Source of the DNA: Octopus sinensis
Taxonomy: Eukaryota
Length of the DNA: 64,000 nt
Assembly (NCBI RefSeq): GCF_006345805.1
Contig: NC_043003.1
Span: 82,956,001-83,020,000 of the forward strand
Direction: 5' to 3'
A program made the translations under genes and the position numbers. Below the pieces are notes generated by a model. It saw nothing but the letters and a program-made list of their open reading frames with translations, made no database searches and had not been told where the DNA came from. Below, piece after piece: positions 38,985 to 51,044 of the stretch (within the stretch, counting starts at the first letter, position 1; the number at the start of each line of letters is the position of its first letter).

Positions 38985-39530
38985 TGTGTATGTTCGAGTG
39001 CGTGCGTTTATATGTGCGTATGTGCGTGCGTGCGTATGCGCGTATGTGCGTGTGTGCATGTGTGTGTGTGTGCATGTGTGTGCATGTGTGTGCATGCGCG
39101 AATGTGTGTAAACCTGTAGATATACGAGTATATAAATGTGTATAAATATATAATTATTGACATCTTAGGTTGTGTTATATATGTGTGCATATGCGTACGC
39201 ATGTGTATGTGTGTATGTATTATACAGTCACAAATGCACACTGATACAAACACAGACACACATACATACACACATAATACATATATACATACATTCATTC
39301 ACACATACATACAAACACTGTGAGAGAGATGGTGGGAAGTTATATATCACAAGAACTAATGTGTTTGCTTGCGTGAGTGAGAGTTCTGGGTTAACAGATT
39401 GTGTGTGTGTTTCTGTGCATATGTATCTGAACGCGTGAATGAGTGTGTGTATGAGTGTTTGTGTGTGTGTGTGTGTGTTCGTGTATGTCTGTGTTTGTGT
39501 GTGTGTGCACGAGAGTGCGTGTACGTGTAT
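38985..39530. repeat. Degenerate (TG)n/(CA)n low-complexity region
   Basis: Direct reading. Confidence 0.85.
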
Positions 39531-40499
39531 GTGCGAATATTTGTATATTAAAGAAGGAAAAGAAATGAATTATAATTTCAGAATCATGAAGAGAATATAT
39601 ATATAAACAGGAAATCAGAAAAGAGCTATATAGGTCGAATTATGCAAGATATCGAATCATAGACATCTCTGACATTTATTAAATTAGACTTCGTTAGGTA
39701 TTGCGACAACATGAGTAAATAGACTTAAATTATTAGCATTATTTAAAAGTCTGTTGTCATAGCAACTCATTTCCTGAGTTAAAAGTGAAAATACTGTAGA
39801 ACTTCTGAAAAATATGGATGATGTATATCTAAGCAATAGAATATTTTAAAACTGCTATATATTTTCAATGGTTCGTTTAAGATGTTGACTCCCGTCATTT
39901 ATTATATTTGTGTATTTTTCATGTTTTATTTTTGTACCACAGTGCAAACTATATTCACTGACTACAATTAACAAGCAAGAAACGTTTGAAGTATTTTGAA
40001 TATCAAGGCAGTAGAATTAATATCTCACCAAGCTGAACGCTGCCACTTGGTTTGGATGTATGATGATGAAGTTCGCTCTGTTGTAATCGATCAGAATAGA
40101 AATTTAGTTTGAAGAGATATCAACATATTTTTCCCAACTTTTTACCCAATCATGGAGTTCTTGCAAAATGAAAAAAAAAACGATAATCAAAGTCGCTTCT
40201 ATTTTTCTTTCATAAAGTCGATGCAAATTGAAGGACTGCCGACTGCGAAAGGAAAGTCAGGAGATCACATGAGATTAATAATAATAATACTTTCTTTATT
40301 AGCCACAAGGGTCGACAAAATTGAGATTGGACATTACAAAATATGAAGGACCAAATGACCAAATGGGGTTACATGAAGTGTCACGTAAAATGTCGATAAC
40401 AATGAAAAATATAACAAAGAAAATGCTTAAAAGAGGAAAGCAACTCATGGGGACCACACGAAACGTCCAAAAGTGCTCCGACCTCTCTCTGTCTCTCTC

Positions 40500-41180
40500 T
40501 CTTTCAGCATTGGAAACTCAAAAGCGCATACTCAAAGTAGGCCCGTGGACACAGACCATCTTCGTCACATTCATCCACCTTTTAATAAATTCGCTGGAAG
40601 TCAGCACTTCTCTCTCAGCACTCACTTTCCTTTTCAGACGGTATCTGAAAAAGCTGATGAGGGGTAGGCCACAAAGAAAAGTATCTGTCTTCAACTCTTT
40701 CAGTCTAGACCACCATACAACCCCTTTTGCAACAGCCACGAGACAGATGAAAATTACCTTCCCTTGCCGTCCAGAGGAGGACAGCTGGACAATTTTCATG
40801 ATGGAACCAGCCAACAAGTGGACAAGTCCTACACGGGACTGTAGGTGTTCGACATAAACGCATATATGAGATATGCTCGGGTGCTAGACAAGCGCGTGCA
40901 AGAAGGATTTTTTCGCTCTGCGCACATCTCGGGCAGGTCCGATGACGGCACTTCCGTGCCTGTAGACTTTCTCTCGAACAGACAAAGTCCCCAGGTAGCA
41001 CTGCCAGGCCAGTAATTTCTGGGAGTTATCCATAGGCCTGAGCTTGAAAATCCTTAGGAACAGACTGGTGAGTTGAAATAATCGACGCTTAGATTCTCTC
41101 CGAAAAATCGTCGTTTTCTTTCACCACTAACCCTCTATTCAACACCATAGTAAGAGCATTGCCCGACTGGCTGAGAAGTG
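40500..41180 (-). mobile_element. Tx1/L1-group LINE ORF2 C-terminal relic
   Basis: RPMDNSQKLLAWQCY..., RTCPRCAQSE (zf-RVT-like), GKVIFICLVAVAKGVVWWSRLKELKTDTFL..EREVLTSSEFIKRW. 3' end abuts a (GA)n/(TC)n tract. Confidence 0.85.
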
Positions 41181-41639
41181 TTTTGTCTTGGTATAAAAGA
41201 TGGGCTACAGCAAATATTCTGCTCAATACCACAGATTTGCTTGTCAGTTGTTTGACCTTAACCAGTTGAGCAAGTCTCTTAGTGGCTGACGATATGTGCA
41301 TCTCTGATCACAAGCAGACGCAGTGGGGGAGTATCATAGCCATATGTTGAGAGGGATTCTTTGGTGTTTGAATAATTCACCTCTGGAAACATGGGTGTTT
41401 CGTTCAACATCCTTAAACAACACTTATTCAGGGACCTTTTGAGCGGGATGGGCTACTCGATCAGAAGAAAATTCTAACTGGGCCCCACCTGCAAGGTCAT
41501 GTGCCGTTTATCTTGCTATGAGATCACCACTTTTAGCACATATGGTTGTGATGCATGTGCCTAGTGTACCCTTAACAGATGGGTAGTCATGATGGGTATA
41601 CCGGGCTTCGTATATTTTACTCCAGTGTCGCTTTGATGG
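41181..41639. mobile_element. Non-coding ~555-bp repeat, copy 1 (left-truncated), followed by (TAA)n
   Basis: Colinear with 41794-42273. Confidence 0.85.
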
Positions 41640-41659
41640 CATGCACTTCTCTCTCACTC

Positions 41660-41718
<59 letters not shown>

Positions 41719-41720
<2 letters not shown>

Positions 41721-42273
41721 GCCCTGATGCAATACCAGGCAGTGGCTCTCATGGTTTCTGATCTTAACTGATTGGAAGTGTTATCATGTACATTGTTTTG
41801 TCTTGGTATAAAAGATGGGCGACAGCAAATATTCTGCTCAATACCACAGATTTGCTTGTCAGTTGTTTGACCATAACTAGTTGAGCATGTCCCTTAGTGG
41901 CTGACGATATGTGCATCTCTGATCACGAGCAGAAATAGTGGGGGAGCATCATAGCCATGTGTTCAGAGGGATTCTTTGGTGTTTGAATAATTCACCTCTG
42001 GAAACATGGGTGGTTCTTTCATCATCCTTAAACAACCCTTATTCAGGGACCTTTTGAGCGGGATGGGCTACTCGACCTGAAGAAAATTCTAACTGGCGCC
42101 CACCTGCAAGGTCATGTGCTGTTTATCTTGATATGAGATCACCATGTCGCGCACATATGGTTGTGATGCATGTGCCTGGTGTACCCTTATCAGACGGGTA
42201 GTCATGATGTGTATATTGGGCTTCGTATATTTTACCCCAGTGTCACTTTGATGGCATGAACTGCTCTCTCACT
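41719..42273. mobile_element. Non-coding ~555-bp repeat, copy 2, with (TAA)n on both flanks
   Basis: Begins tgccctgatgcaataccaggc right after (TAA)n and ends ctctctcactaa-(TAA)n. Confidence 0.85.
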
Positions 42274-42484
42274 AAATAATAATAATAATAATAATAATAA
42301 TAATTCCTTTTACTACCCATGTGTTTTAATTTAACTTTAAAAAAATGAACGAACTAGTGAGTTTAGTTTAATGGCCTACCAATGTATACTATCAGTTTCT
42401 TTGCCCTAGGAGTCGGGAAGACACTCGCCAAGAAATGGAAGCAAATTTGAAAGAAGAAAAAAAAGATAATAATAATAATAATAT

Positions 42485-42820
42485 GATAACTCACACAGCA
42501 TGCCACGGTGACAACAGGATCAATGTGAAAAATACACAACTATGACCATTTAAATTGGGAAATAACGAAGGCTGGGGTCAATGTATAGAGTAGACGTGAT
42601 ACCAACACGAATTGGTGCACTTGGAAGTATCTGCATTCAACTACCAACCCGGCTGAAAAAGGTGTGAAGATAGAACACCTACAAAAATCAGCATTGCTTG
42701 GAACTCCAAGAATTCTTCGCAGGATTCTTGAAGCCTGACCAGTAACCAAGTCACCTTAGTCTGCTGGCTGTGGACAGCTGACACTTCTCATCTTACCCAG
42801 CAAAATAACTTTTCTTCAAA
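42485..42820 (+). mobile_element. 3' end of a second R4/Dong-like family
   Basis: Decayed HLNWEITK..VDVIPT.IGALGS..LLGTPRILRRILEA*. (TAA)n upstream and (TAA)/(TGA)n downstream. Confidence 0.7.
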
Positions 42821-42828
42821 TAATAACA

Positions 42829-42875
<47 letters not shown>

Positions 42876-44819
42876 AAATAAGGGTTTCAAATTTTGGCAC
42901 ATGGCTTGTAACTTCGGAGAAGAAGTCAAGTCGATTACATCCACCCCAGTGTCCAAGTGGTACTTATTTCGTTGACCCGGAAATCATGTATATTTAAGCT
43001 AGGTATATCCTTAAGCTTTTCATGTGTGACAGTGATAATAACGTTTTCTGTCAGGGACTGAGAAGAAATAGAACTGTTTATGGTGATACTTTTACATAAA
43101 CTAGCATTTAGATTCTCGCAACTGGAAGATTCAAATCAAAATAGAACATGGACTTGGTTGATCTCGGAACATGATGAGAGACATTTAAACGTTGTATAAT
43201 ATTTTCTCTTCAAAATGGTTTAAATGTCCCTTTACATTTCTGCTTCAATTTCAGGTGTTTGTGCGTATTCCCATCGAAGTCAATGTAATTTCGAGAGCTA
43301 AGCCTTATATCTAAACGAGCACGTAACTTTGCTGAGAAATATGACTGTATATCGAAGTGAAACAACAGATTTTGCAGAAACAATGATCCGCAAATGTAAA
43401 TTGTTCGCAAATTGGTGAGCATTAGTTTACGCTGACGAAGAGGCGACACCCGAATTCATTAACCTGTTCTTACACGAAAAGCAAAGTCACCACTCGTGAA
43501 ATTAGCTTTCCCAAAAAGATAATTACACTAAACATATTATATACGTACCGTTAATGCAATAGGCGTCCTTTAAAACGACTATATGTTACTCATTGATGTT
43601 TTGTTATTTCACAATAGCTAAGCAAAATTTTGCTTCAAAAGATGTTTTCGAAATGCAGAGTGTACCATGTAGTTTAAGCAAAGCTTAAGCTACATGATAT
43701 ACACATGTCTATGGCATGCTACCCAATGAGGTGATCCTAAATTTCTATGCTATCTAGAACAAAAAATTAAATTCATGGTTATGATCTATTGAAACATTAA
43801 TTAATCTTACATGCTGTTACTGCTTAAAACGAATATTTGGCTTACATAATTTTTACACATTTATCAGCAACAGCCTAGACTGTGCTGTATAAGAGTAAAT
43901 ATTCGTTGCTACGATCATTAAAAATAGTCGATATTTGGATGGTGTTTCATTAATCTTATCACATCGTTCGGGTGGTAAATTAAAGTTTTAAAATGTTTTT
44001 GAGATAGCAGCCAAATCTCCTTCACACTAAACATTACAATTTTTAGTTCTAGATACAGTATAACTGGAAAAATATATTCTTCATAGTTGGACTACTTTTC
44101 ATAGTAGGTCTGCTCGATCAGACCCGACTTAGGGTAAATCAATAATAATAGAAACAACAACAACAACATGTAGTTTACTGTCTGTCTAATGAATTCCTGC
44201 ATGTAATGTTCAAAATGTGTGTCGTTAATCAGTCTGGAAGTTTGAAGGGAATGTCATTTTCTATTTTCGACATTAAAGAAAAAACGAAATTGAGTTAATA
44301 GAAATACAAGTATAAAGAAAAGAATAACCTCTGTTATTGTTGACATAGATTTCCCCAGGTCAGCCTTGATCTAAATGATATATGAATAAAGCTATTCAAC
44401 TGCCCATATAGTCTTTTATTGCAGCCATAGCATATCTCGAATTACATTATCCAATGTATACTTGGTTGCTAATATCTTATAGCGTGATGTGAGGAAGATT
44501 CAGCTGTTATATCTTGAAGATAAACTGCCTAAACCTACAATTAGTTGCATCTACATTTATCCACAGACCTTCTTGTCTCTGCATAAATGCAAGAACTATA
44601 TATGAATAAACATTTGACTGTAGAGAAAAGTGTATACCGTGAAACCTCTCGATAATGCACTATAAAAATTTCATCGCCAACAGAAAACAAAAGTTAAATA
44701 CCAGTTAAATCTCTGAAATATAGAGTGATTTGTTAATAATGTTCTATAATTGAAAAACAATGGGGTTGAAATTGGAACCTTGGGCATAATAAATTGTATT
44801 GGCATCCTTTCTGTCTCGG

Positions 44820-45575
44820 GAGACAATGGAGTGGCGCATGAAGTAGTCTAGTCCGGCTTTTATATTTCATGTCCTGATACATTTCCTGCTGTGGCTGTGT
44901 AGTCCTATCCTGGACAAACACTCCCTCTGGCAGGTACCGCAAATGTAGCGAAGACTGTTCCTGGCTGGTTGTAGTGCTATAGTCTCTTGTTTACGTCTCT
45001 TCCTTTCTTTCCATTTCTCCTCTCTCTCTCTCTCTGTCACTCTTTTGTATTCCCTCTTTTACTGTACGTCGCCATTCTCCACGGTTGCCGGCAACTGCCT
45101 CCCAACCGCTAATATTGATGTTACAGGCCTTCATGTCCCTTTTGCAAACATCCTTGTAACGTAAGATCGGTCTACCCACAGACCTAGTACTCCTAGCAAG
45201 CTCTCCGTAGAGTATGTCCTTGGGGATTCTGCCATCTTTCATACGTGAGGAGTGCAAACATGCTTGGTATTCCTGCTTGCCTGAGGACATCTTTGTTGGG
45301 GATATGATTCTGCCATTTGATGCGGAAGATTATTCGGAGGCAGCGCAGGTGAAAGATGTTTAGGCGACGCTCTTGGCGTGTGTATAGGGTCCAGGTCTCA
45401 CTTCCATAGAGTAGAGTGCTGAGTACACATGCCTGGTAGATCTTCATTTTCGTGGTCTTGGTCAGCTTATTGTTGTCCCAAGCCCGTTTGGAGAGTTGGG
45501 CCATCGCAGCAGCTGCCTTGCCAATGCGTATATTGAGCTCAGCGTCCAGGGATAGGTTGTAGGTGACGGTAGAAT
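44820..45575 (-). mobile_element. 5'-truncated RTE (BovB-like) LINE
   Basis: ELNIRIGKAAAAMAQLSKR..KIYQACVLSTLLYGSETW..RMKDGRIPKDILYGEL..RYKDVCKRD..CGTCQRECLSRIGLHSH. Small internal deletion with frameshift at ~45250. Confidence 0.95.
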
Positions 45576-45730
45576 ACTAAACAGGAACAGCAGTGTTACC
45601 AACATTTGTTCATGTTTTGCGATAGAAGTTAAAGTCAGTTCCTTAAACTTTTCTTAATAAAATTTAAGTGTTATAATTTTACTTTCTTACTCACACTATC
45701 TCTCTCTCTCTCTTTCTCCCACTCTGTTAT

Positions 45731-45762
<32 letters not shown>

Positions 45763-47149
45763 TATTTCTCTCTCTATATGTATAAATAAGGAAAAATATT
45801 TAATAAAAAAAGTTTTAACTCGAACAATCGTTTCTTCAAATATCTCGTATTTCAAAGAGTGTTATAACACCTATATATTAATGTATCCACGTGTGTGTGC
45901 ATGTGTATGTGTGTGTACGTGTTTGTGTTTTTGTGTGTCTGTGTGTATGTAGGGGTGCAAGAATGAATGAATGAATATAATAACTTTATATCCGTCTTTT
46001 TATATCCGTCTCGCTCCCCAATTCTCTTTTCGATTTATCTCTCAATCTCTCCGTCTCTCCTTCTCTTTTCTAGCTCTCTTTCTGTCTGTTTCATGTCTGC
46101 GTTCATTTGCATTAGTCCTGCTAATGCTTTTGTTAAGGAACCATTAACGTTTCATTGACTATTCCATCGCCACAGTAATTCTTCGGGCGGATTAAGATGA
46201 GAAAGTTCTATCCAGCTATATAATAACGGCAATCTTTCATAAGAACATAGTCGTATTATTTGGTGTATATATTGTTTCTTTTCGATTAATTATTTTATAT
46301 TCTCGTCCGCCGCATATACACGTGCACTGAAACACACATTTACGCCATAAAGAAATAAACTCACACACATATACATACATATATACACATGTAAATACAC
46401 GTATACATATATATACATATGCATATATATATCTATGCATATATACACATGCATATACGGGTGTGTGTATGTATGTATGTATGTACGTATGCATTATTTC
46501 CGATTCCCGACCAACGTAGATATCTATCATTGCAATTGCGTGGATAACAGCCATTATAAAATCTCGGTGTTTATCACCTTTTTACCTTTTTTCTATTATA
46601 ATTTTTCACTTGTTTTATTCATGTCTCAAGACCGATATATAGATTCTTCCTTTGAATGTATTCATAGATTCTTAAAATGTCCAGTTATTTGAACTTTTTT
46701 TTATTGTCGTTCAAAAGGATGGCAATTTTCTTTCATCTACGACTACGATATCGTAGGTAATATTCGTACCACACTTCAAACTTACAGTGAGGTTTGCAAA
46801 GGCGAACAATGAAAGACATTCTGCAACGTATTTCCTGTCTCAAAATATTAGAGGAAGAATTTCACATTAGGTAAAGAATATGGATTTACTAAATAGTCGC
46901 GTCAGAAAAGTGCCTTGATTTCTTAAGATGTTTTTTTTTTGGTTATGATTTTTACTTATATTCTTACCAACAATAGCTATTGATTAATAAACAAATTATT
47001 AATGTATTATTCAAACCCAAATCTCTTACCCCTTTATACAGCTGTATTGTATGTATGCAAACAAACACACAGACATACACACACATACGGACAGACATAT
47101 ATATATACACATATAAATACACACATATATATATATATATATATATTAG

Positions 47150-47216
<67 letters not shown>

Positions 47217-47408
47217 TATATACATATATATATTGTTGACATTATAAGAATGTTATAAATTTTCAAGAGAATGTGGAATAATTCTTTTTTTTAATAATCG
47301 TTCTCGAAGCTCATCGTACACAGCCATAAAGAATAGCATGCAAATATCGATGCGCTTCGAGAACCATTATTCCAAAACATGTGAGTGTATGCGCAATTAT
47401 ATATCTGA

Positions 47409-47452
<44 letters not shown>

Positions 47453-47569
47453 TACATATATATATATGTATATATATATATATGTATGTATATATGTATG
47501 TCTATATATATGCATATATGTATGTATGTATGTAAGTATGTAAGTATGTATGTATGTATGATAGGTATT

Positions 47570-47742
47570 GATATCTAGAAGACCCAAAGAGGGGCAGGTA
47601 ACACTAAGTGCTATCGAAATACCGTAGTTAAACTTTTGGTTCGATAGAGATACGTGAGCATGCCGGTAAAAAGTTTTACGAACAAATTTATCAAGTAATA
47701 CGTAAACATAATTAAAAAGGGTAATAACATAAGTTATTATTA

Positions 47743-47745
<3 letters not shown>
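47570..47745 (-). mobile_element. Short element sharing a 90-bp terminus with 47967-48440
   Basis: 47656-47745 is the reverse complement of 47967-48056; the bodies diverge beyond that. Confidence 0.7.
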
Positions 47746-47785
<40 letters not shown>

Positions 47786-47894
47786 CCGCTGGTGACACAA
47801 AAATTCTACAAAATTTTTTGCCACCCTATATTGATTAATATATATATATATATATATATATTTTACGAACAAATTCATCAAGTAATACGTAAAC

Positions 47895-47966
<72 letters not shown>

Positions 47967-47969
<3 letters not shown>

Positions 47970-48440
47970 TAATAATAACTTATGTTATTACCCTTTTTAA
48001 TTAGGTTTACATATTACTTGATAAATTTGTTCGTAAAATTTTTTACCAGCATGCTCTCGGCCGCCGGGTATGTTTTGCGTCTGCGCGGAGCTTTGGAAAG
48101 TTAAGATTTACAAACCGTTAGAGCTACGCGAGCTCTAACCCTCTGTGCATCTAGGATTTAGAAGGCTACCCACTGACGAACCTTGCCTGGGCAAACATAT
48201 TCTGTATGTTTTGCTAGAAAGAGGTAGAAACGGATCAGTCTGGGAGACATCTATAATGGTAAATGTTTTTGATTTTCACTCATTTGATGAATTTATCCCT
48301 CTTCGTGTTTCTAGCACTTGCTTCCGTATTTGGGAGCCTTTATTATATTTCTATACGGAAACTATATTGTCTAATGACTAACTCGTCTTTTGTGCTAGGC
48401 CACTGATAATAATAACTTATGTTATTACCCTTTTTAATTA
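47967..48440 (+). mobile_element. 437-bp hammerhead-containing unit with 37-bp terminal redundancy, embedded in (TA)n
   Basis: 47967-48003 equals 48404-48440 with 1 mismatch. HHR fold at 48169-48244. Confidence 0.75.
48169..48244 (+). ncRNA. Type I hammerhead fold with long stem II
   Basis: CCCA-CUGACGA-ACCU..GCAAACAUA/UAUGUUUUGC..AGGU-A-GAAA-C GGAUCA G-UC-UGGG. Intact core, GUC triplet, one extra A before GAAA. Confidence 0.65.
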
Positions 48441-48469
48441 TATATATATACATATATATATATATATAC

Positions 48470-48513
<44 letters not shown>

Positions 48514-48514
48514 A

Positions 48515-49330
48515 TAACAAAGCCAAGGCTGTGAAGTGTTTTCAGGACAATTATAAGGAAAAAGTTATAAAGTCTTACACCTGTTTCTAGGATATTATGG
48601 ATATCTCTTCCTCAGCGACGATGTGAAATCGTTGAATAGAGGTAAATATTTGAGTTCGAAATAAGGAATTATTATAGAAAAGGAGGAGATAGGGAATATA
48701 GGGGGAAATAAGAGAATTTAAGTAGAAATAAAATATAAAATACTGTAGTTGCTGTTCCATTATTCAAGTAAAGTGCTGTATAGAAGTGGTAAAAATGTTC
48801 CTTGTATCTGGTATGTAAGCTCCAAGAGTAATTCATATTTAGTCATTTCAAAATATGGGGCCGTGGATTCTGTGTGGCTTATTCGAAATGGTTTTGTGGT
48901 TTGAATGGAAATTTGAGAATGTATAGGTCGCATTTTTTTTTAAATGGGGGGAAAGATATATATGATTAGAATGAGGAGATAGCTCAAAATGAAAACAGGA
49001 AGAGAAAATCAGAGGTAGACAGAGATGAAAAAAGAAAAAAGAAAAGAGAGACAGAGAGAAAATGTTTTTTAAAGTGAAAAAGTGAAAGAAAACATGAAGA
49101 AAGGGTGAAAGAATTGAGAAAAGGAGTGTGAGTTTGTGGTGAAGATATTGTTAAGAGAGGCTGGGAGAGGAGTGAGGAAGGGGGATACAAAGATATGGCT
49201 GGGGTGATACCAAAGTGAGTAGTAGTTTTAGTAGAAACATTTAAAGTGGAGGGAAGAATACAAGTATGTCAAATTTCTATAAACAGACGTATGTGATAGG
49301 TTAGTGTGATAGGTAGGAATCAGAGGGGAG
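48515..49330 (-). mobile_element. Probable PLE 3' non-coding/pLTR region with a decayed hammerhead
   Basis: Pyrimidine-rich on the minus strand. gtcg-CTGAGGA-ag-a-GATAT-ccata-ATATC-ct-a-GAAA-C-aggt-GTA-agac at 48572-48619. Confidence 0.55.
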
Positions 49331-49339
49331 GGAAGGAGG

Positions 49340-49900
49340 TATAACGACATACGTACGCGAGCACACAAGTACGCCACCCAGGTCACCGATCTCGTTGGAC
49401 TATACATAGTCCTCCAGCTCCAAATACATTTCCCCATCCTCAAGGGAGGCCGCCACAGAGATGACACCTTGCTACTTATTAAGAGCGTAAATAAATCCTC
49501 TTTAGAACGAACTAGAAAATATCTACACAATTTTTTTCTCGATCCTAAACCTGTCTATTACGCTTGAAGATTCCCACAAATCTACTAACTTTGCAGACCT
49601 AACTTTAAACTTAGATACCTGCTAATACTCCCCTTATCACAAAACTAACCAATACCTTAAATATTTAAACATTCATTCAACTCACCACGAATCCACCTTT
49701 GATAATATAGCCAAGGGCATCTCGATCCGTATATCTGACTTCTCTTCTCCTGAAGAAATATTCAATAACAACGCACCATATTACAACCAAGCGCTCGCTG
49801 CTAGCAGCTTCTTCCAAAATACTAGGCTCAAGCAACATATATCTGAAATCACACCACAACGACACACCAACCATCAGAATCACAATCGACCACAAAGGCA
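49340..49900 (+). mobile_element. Penelope-like RT segment
   Basis: QVTDLVGLYIV..GRHRDD..FADLTLNLDT..SPYHK..YLNIHS..KGISIRISDFSS.EEIFNNNAPYYNQAL. Confidence 0.85.
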
Positions 49901-51002
49901 CTATGCTAGAACCCTATTTTTCATTCCTTTTCTTTTGGCTATTTGATGAAGAATGAGGAAGGCCTTCTGTTGGAATATTCCGGTTGTAGGTTGCTTCCAG
50001 CTCTTGCGTTTCGGGAAGATTTGAACCAATAGCCGACTTCATGCACCCAGTCTGGTTCCCCACTATGGTGCGCGACCTTTGTTTATCTGGGTGACGGCAG
50101 ATTTGGTGTGTATTTTGCTTTGTTATCATTGAGGCATGGCGAGCTTGGACGTTGACATTATAGAACGGATCTGTATGTTTAGTGTTAACGTTTTGAGACA
50201 ACACCGCCTCCGAGTTCTCTGAATGAAAACATTGCTCGTAATGTAGCTTCTTATGGCTAACAGATCTGTATTCGGCTGTATTTCTCTTTTGTTGACAGAT
50301 TTATCTCCGGGTATAGTTTCTTTGTGATGATTTCAAACTTTCATACGTGAGTATGTGTGTCCTGCAAATTTCACTTAGTTGTGTAAACATTGGGGTACAC
50401 GTGTAGTCCTATGGGTATTAAAATGTATATATGTATATAGACATTCAAGCGTATGCGTAATTAATTAATTCACATACTTACTGTTTTGTTCTACTTATAT
50501 TTTATAATTTCTAATCTTTCCGATGATGATTTCGCAAGTGTTTTTCGCACATGTTTCACTGAAACATCGTGCATTGGAGAAACTGTGCTTTGTATGGCAA
50601 TAAAATTTCGTCTTTTGTGATTATTTGCGTTAAAAGGCCACTTACATCAAGTCTTGCAGGGGTTCAGTATTTTCCATTCCACCGATGTTATTAGATTAGA
50701 GCCCGGTTTATCACGTCTATTATTATTTGGTTTAGGGATAATGATACTAATAACCCGGTGTTAGAACTCAATATAGATATGCTCCTGAACGAAGAGTCAG
50801 TCGAGCATGGAGCAGAAATAAGGCGTTAAAATATCAAGGGAATAGCAAATTACTTCATGAACTTCATAACTTTACAGCTATTCCTGCTGTAAGATGAGTA
50901 CCATGCTATAGATACATTGGAGCGAGCTTCAAAAATGAAGTGCAATTTTATTTGGGAAATACATATGTACACACACACAGTCACACATACACACATATGC
51001 AT

Positions 51003-51038
<36 letters not shown>

Positions 51039-51044
<6 letters not shown>

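Noticed and set aside
39943-40110. Strong acceptor followed by a frame reading LQTIFTDYN*QARNV*SILNIKAVELISHQAERCHLVWMYDDE
   Set aside because: Two in-frame stops and no clear donor; it cannot be distinguished from a terminal exon, a TE relic or chance.
43428-43460. CTGACGA hammerhead-like core
   Set aside because: It is followed by GAATTC rather than GAAA and there is no stem I partner.
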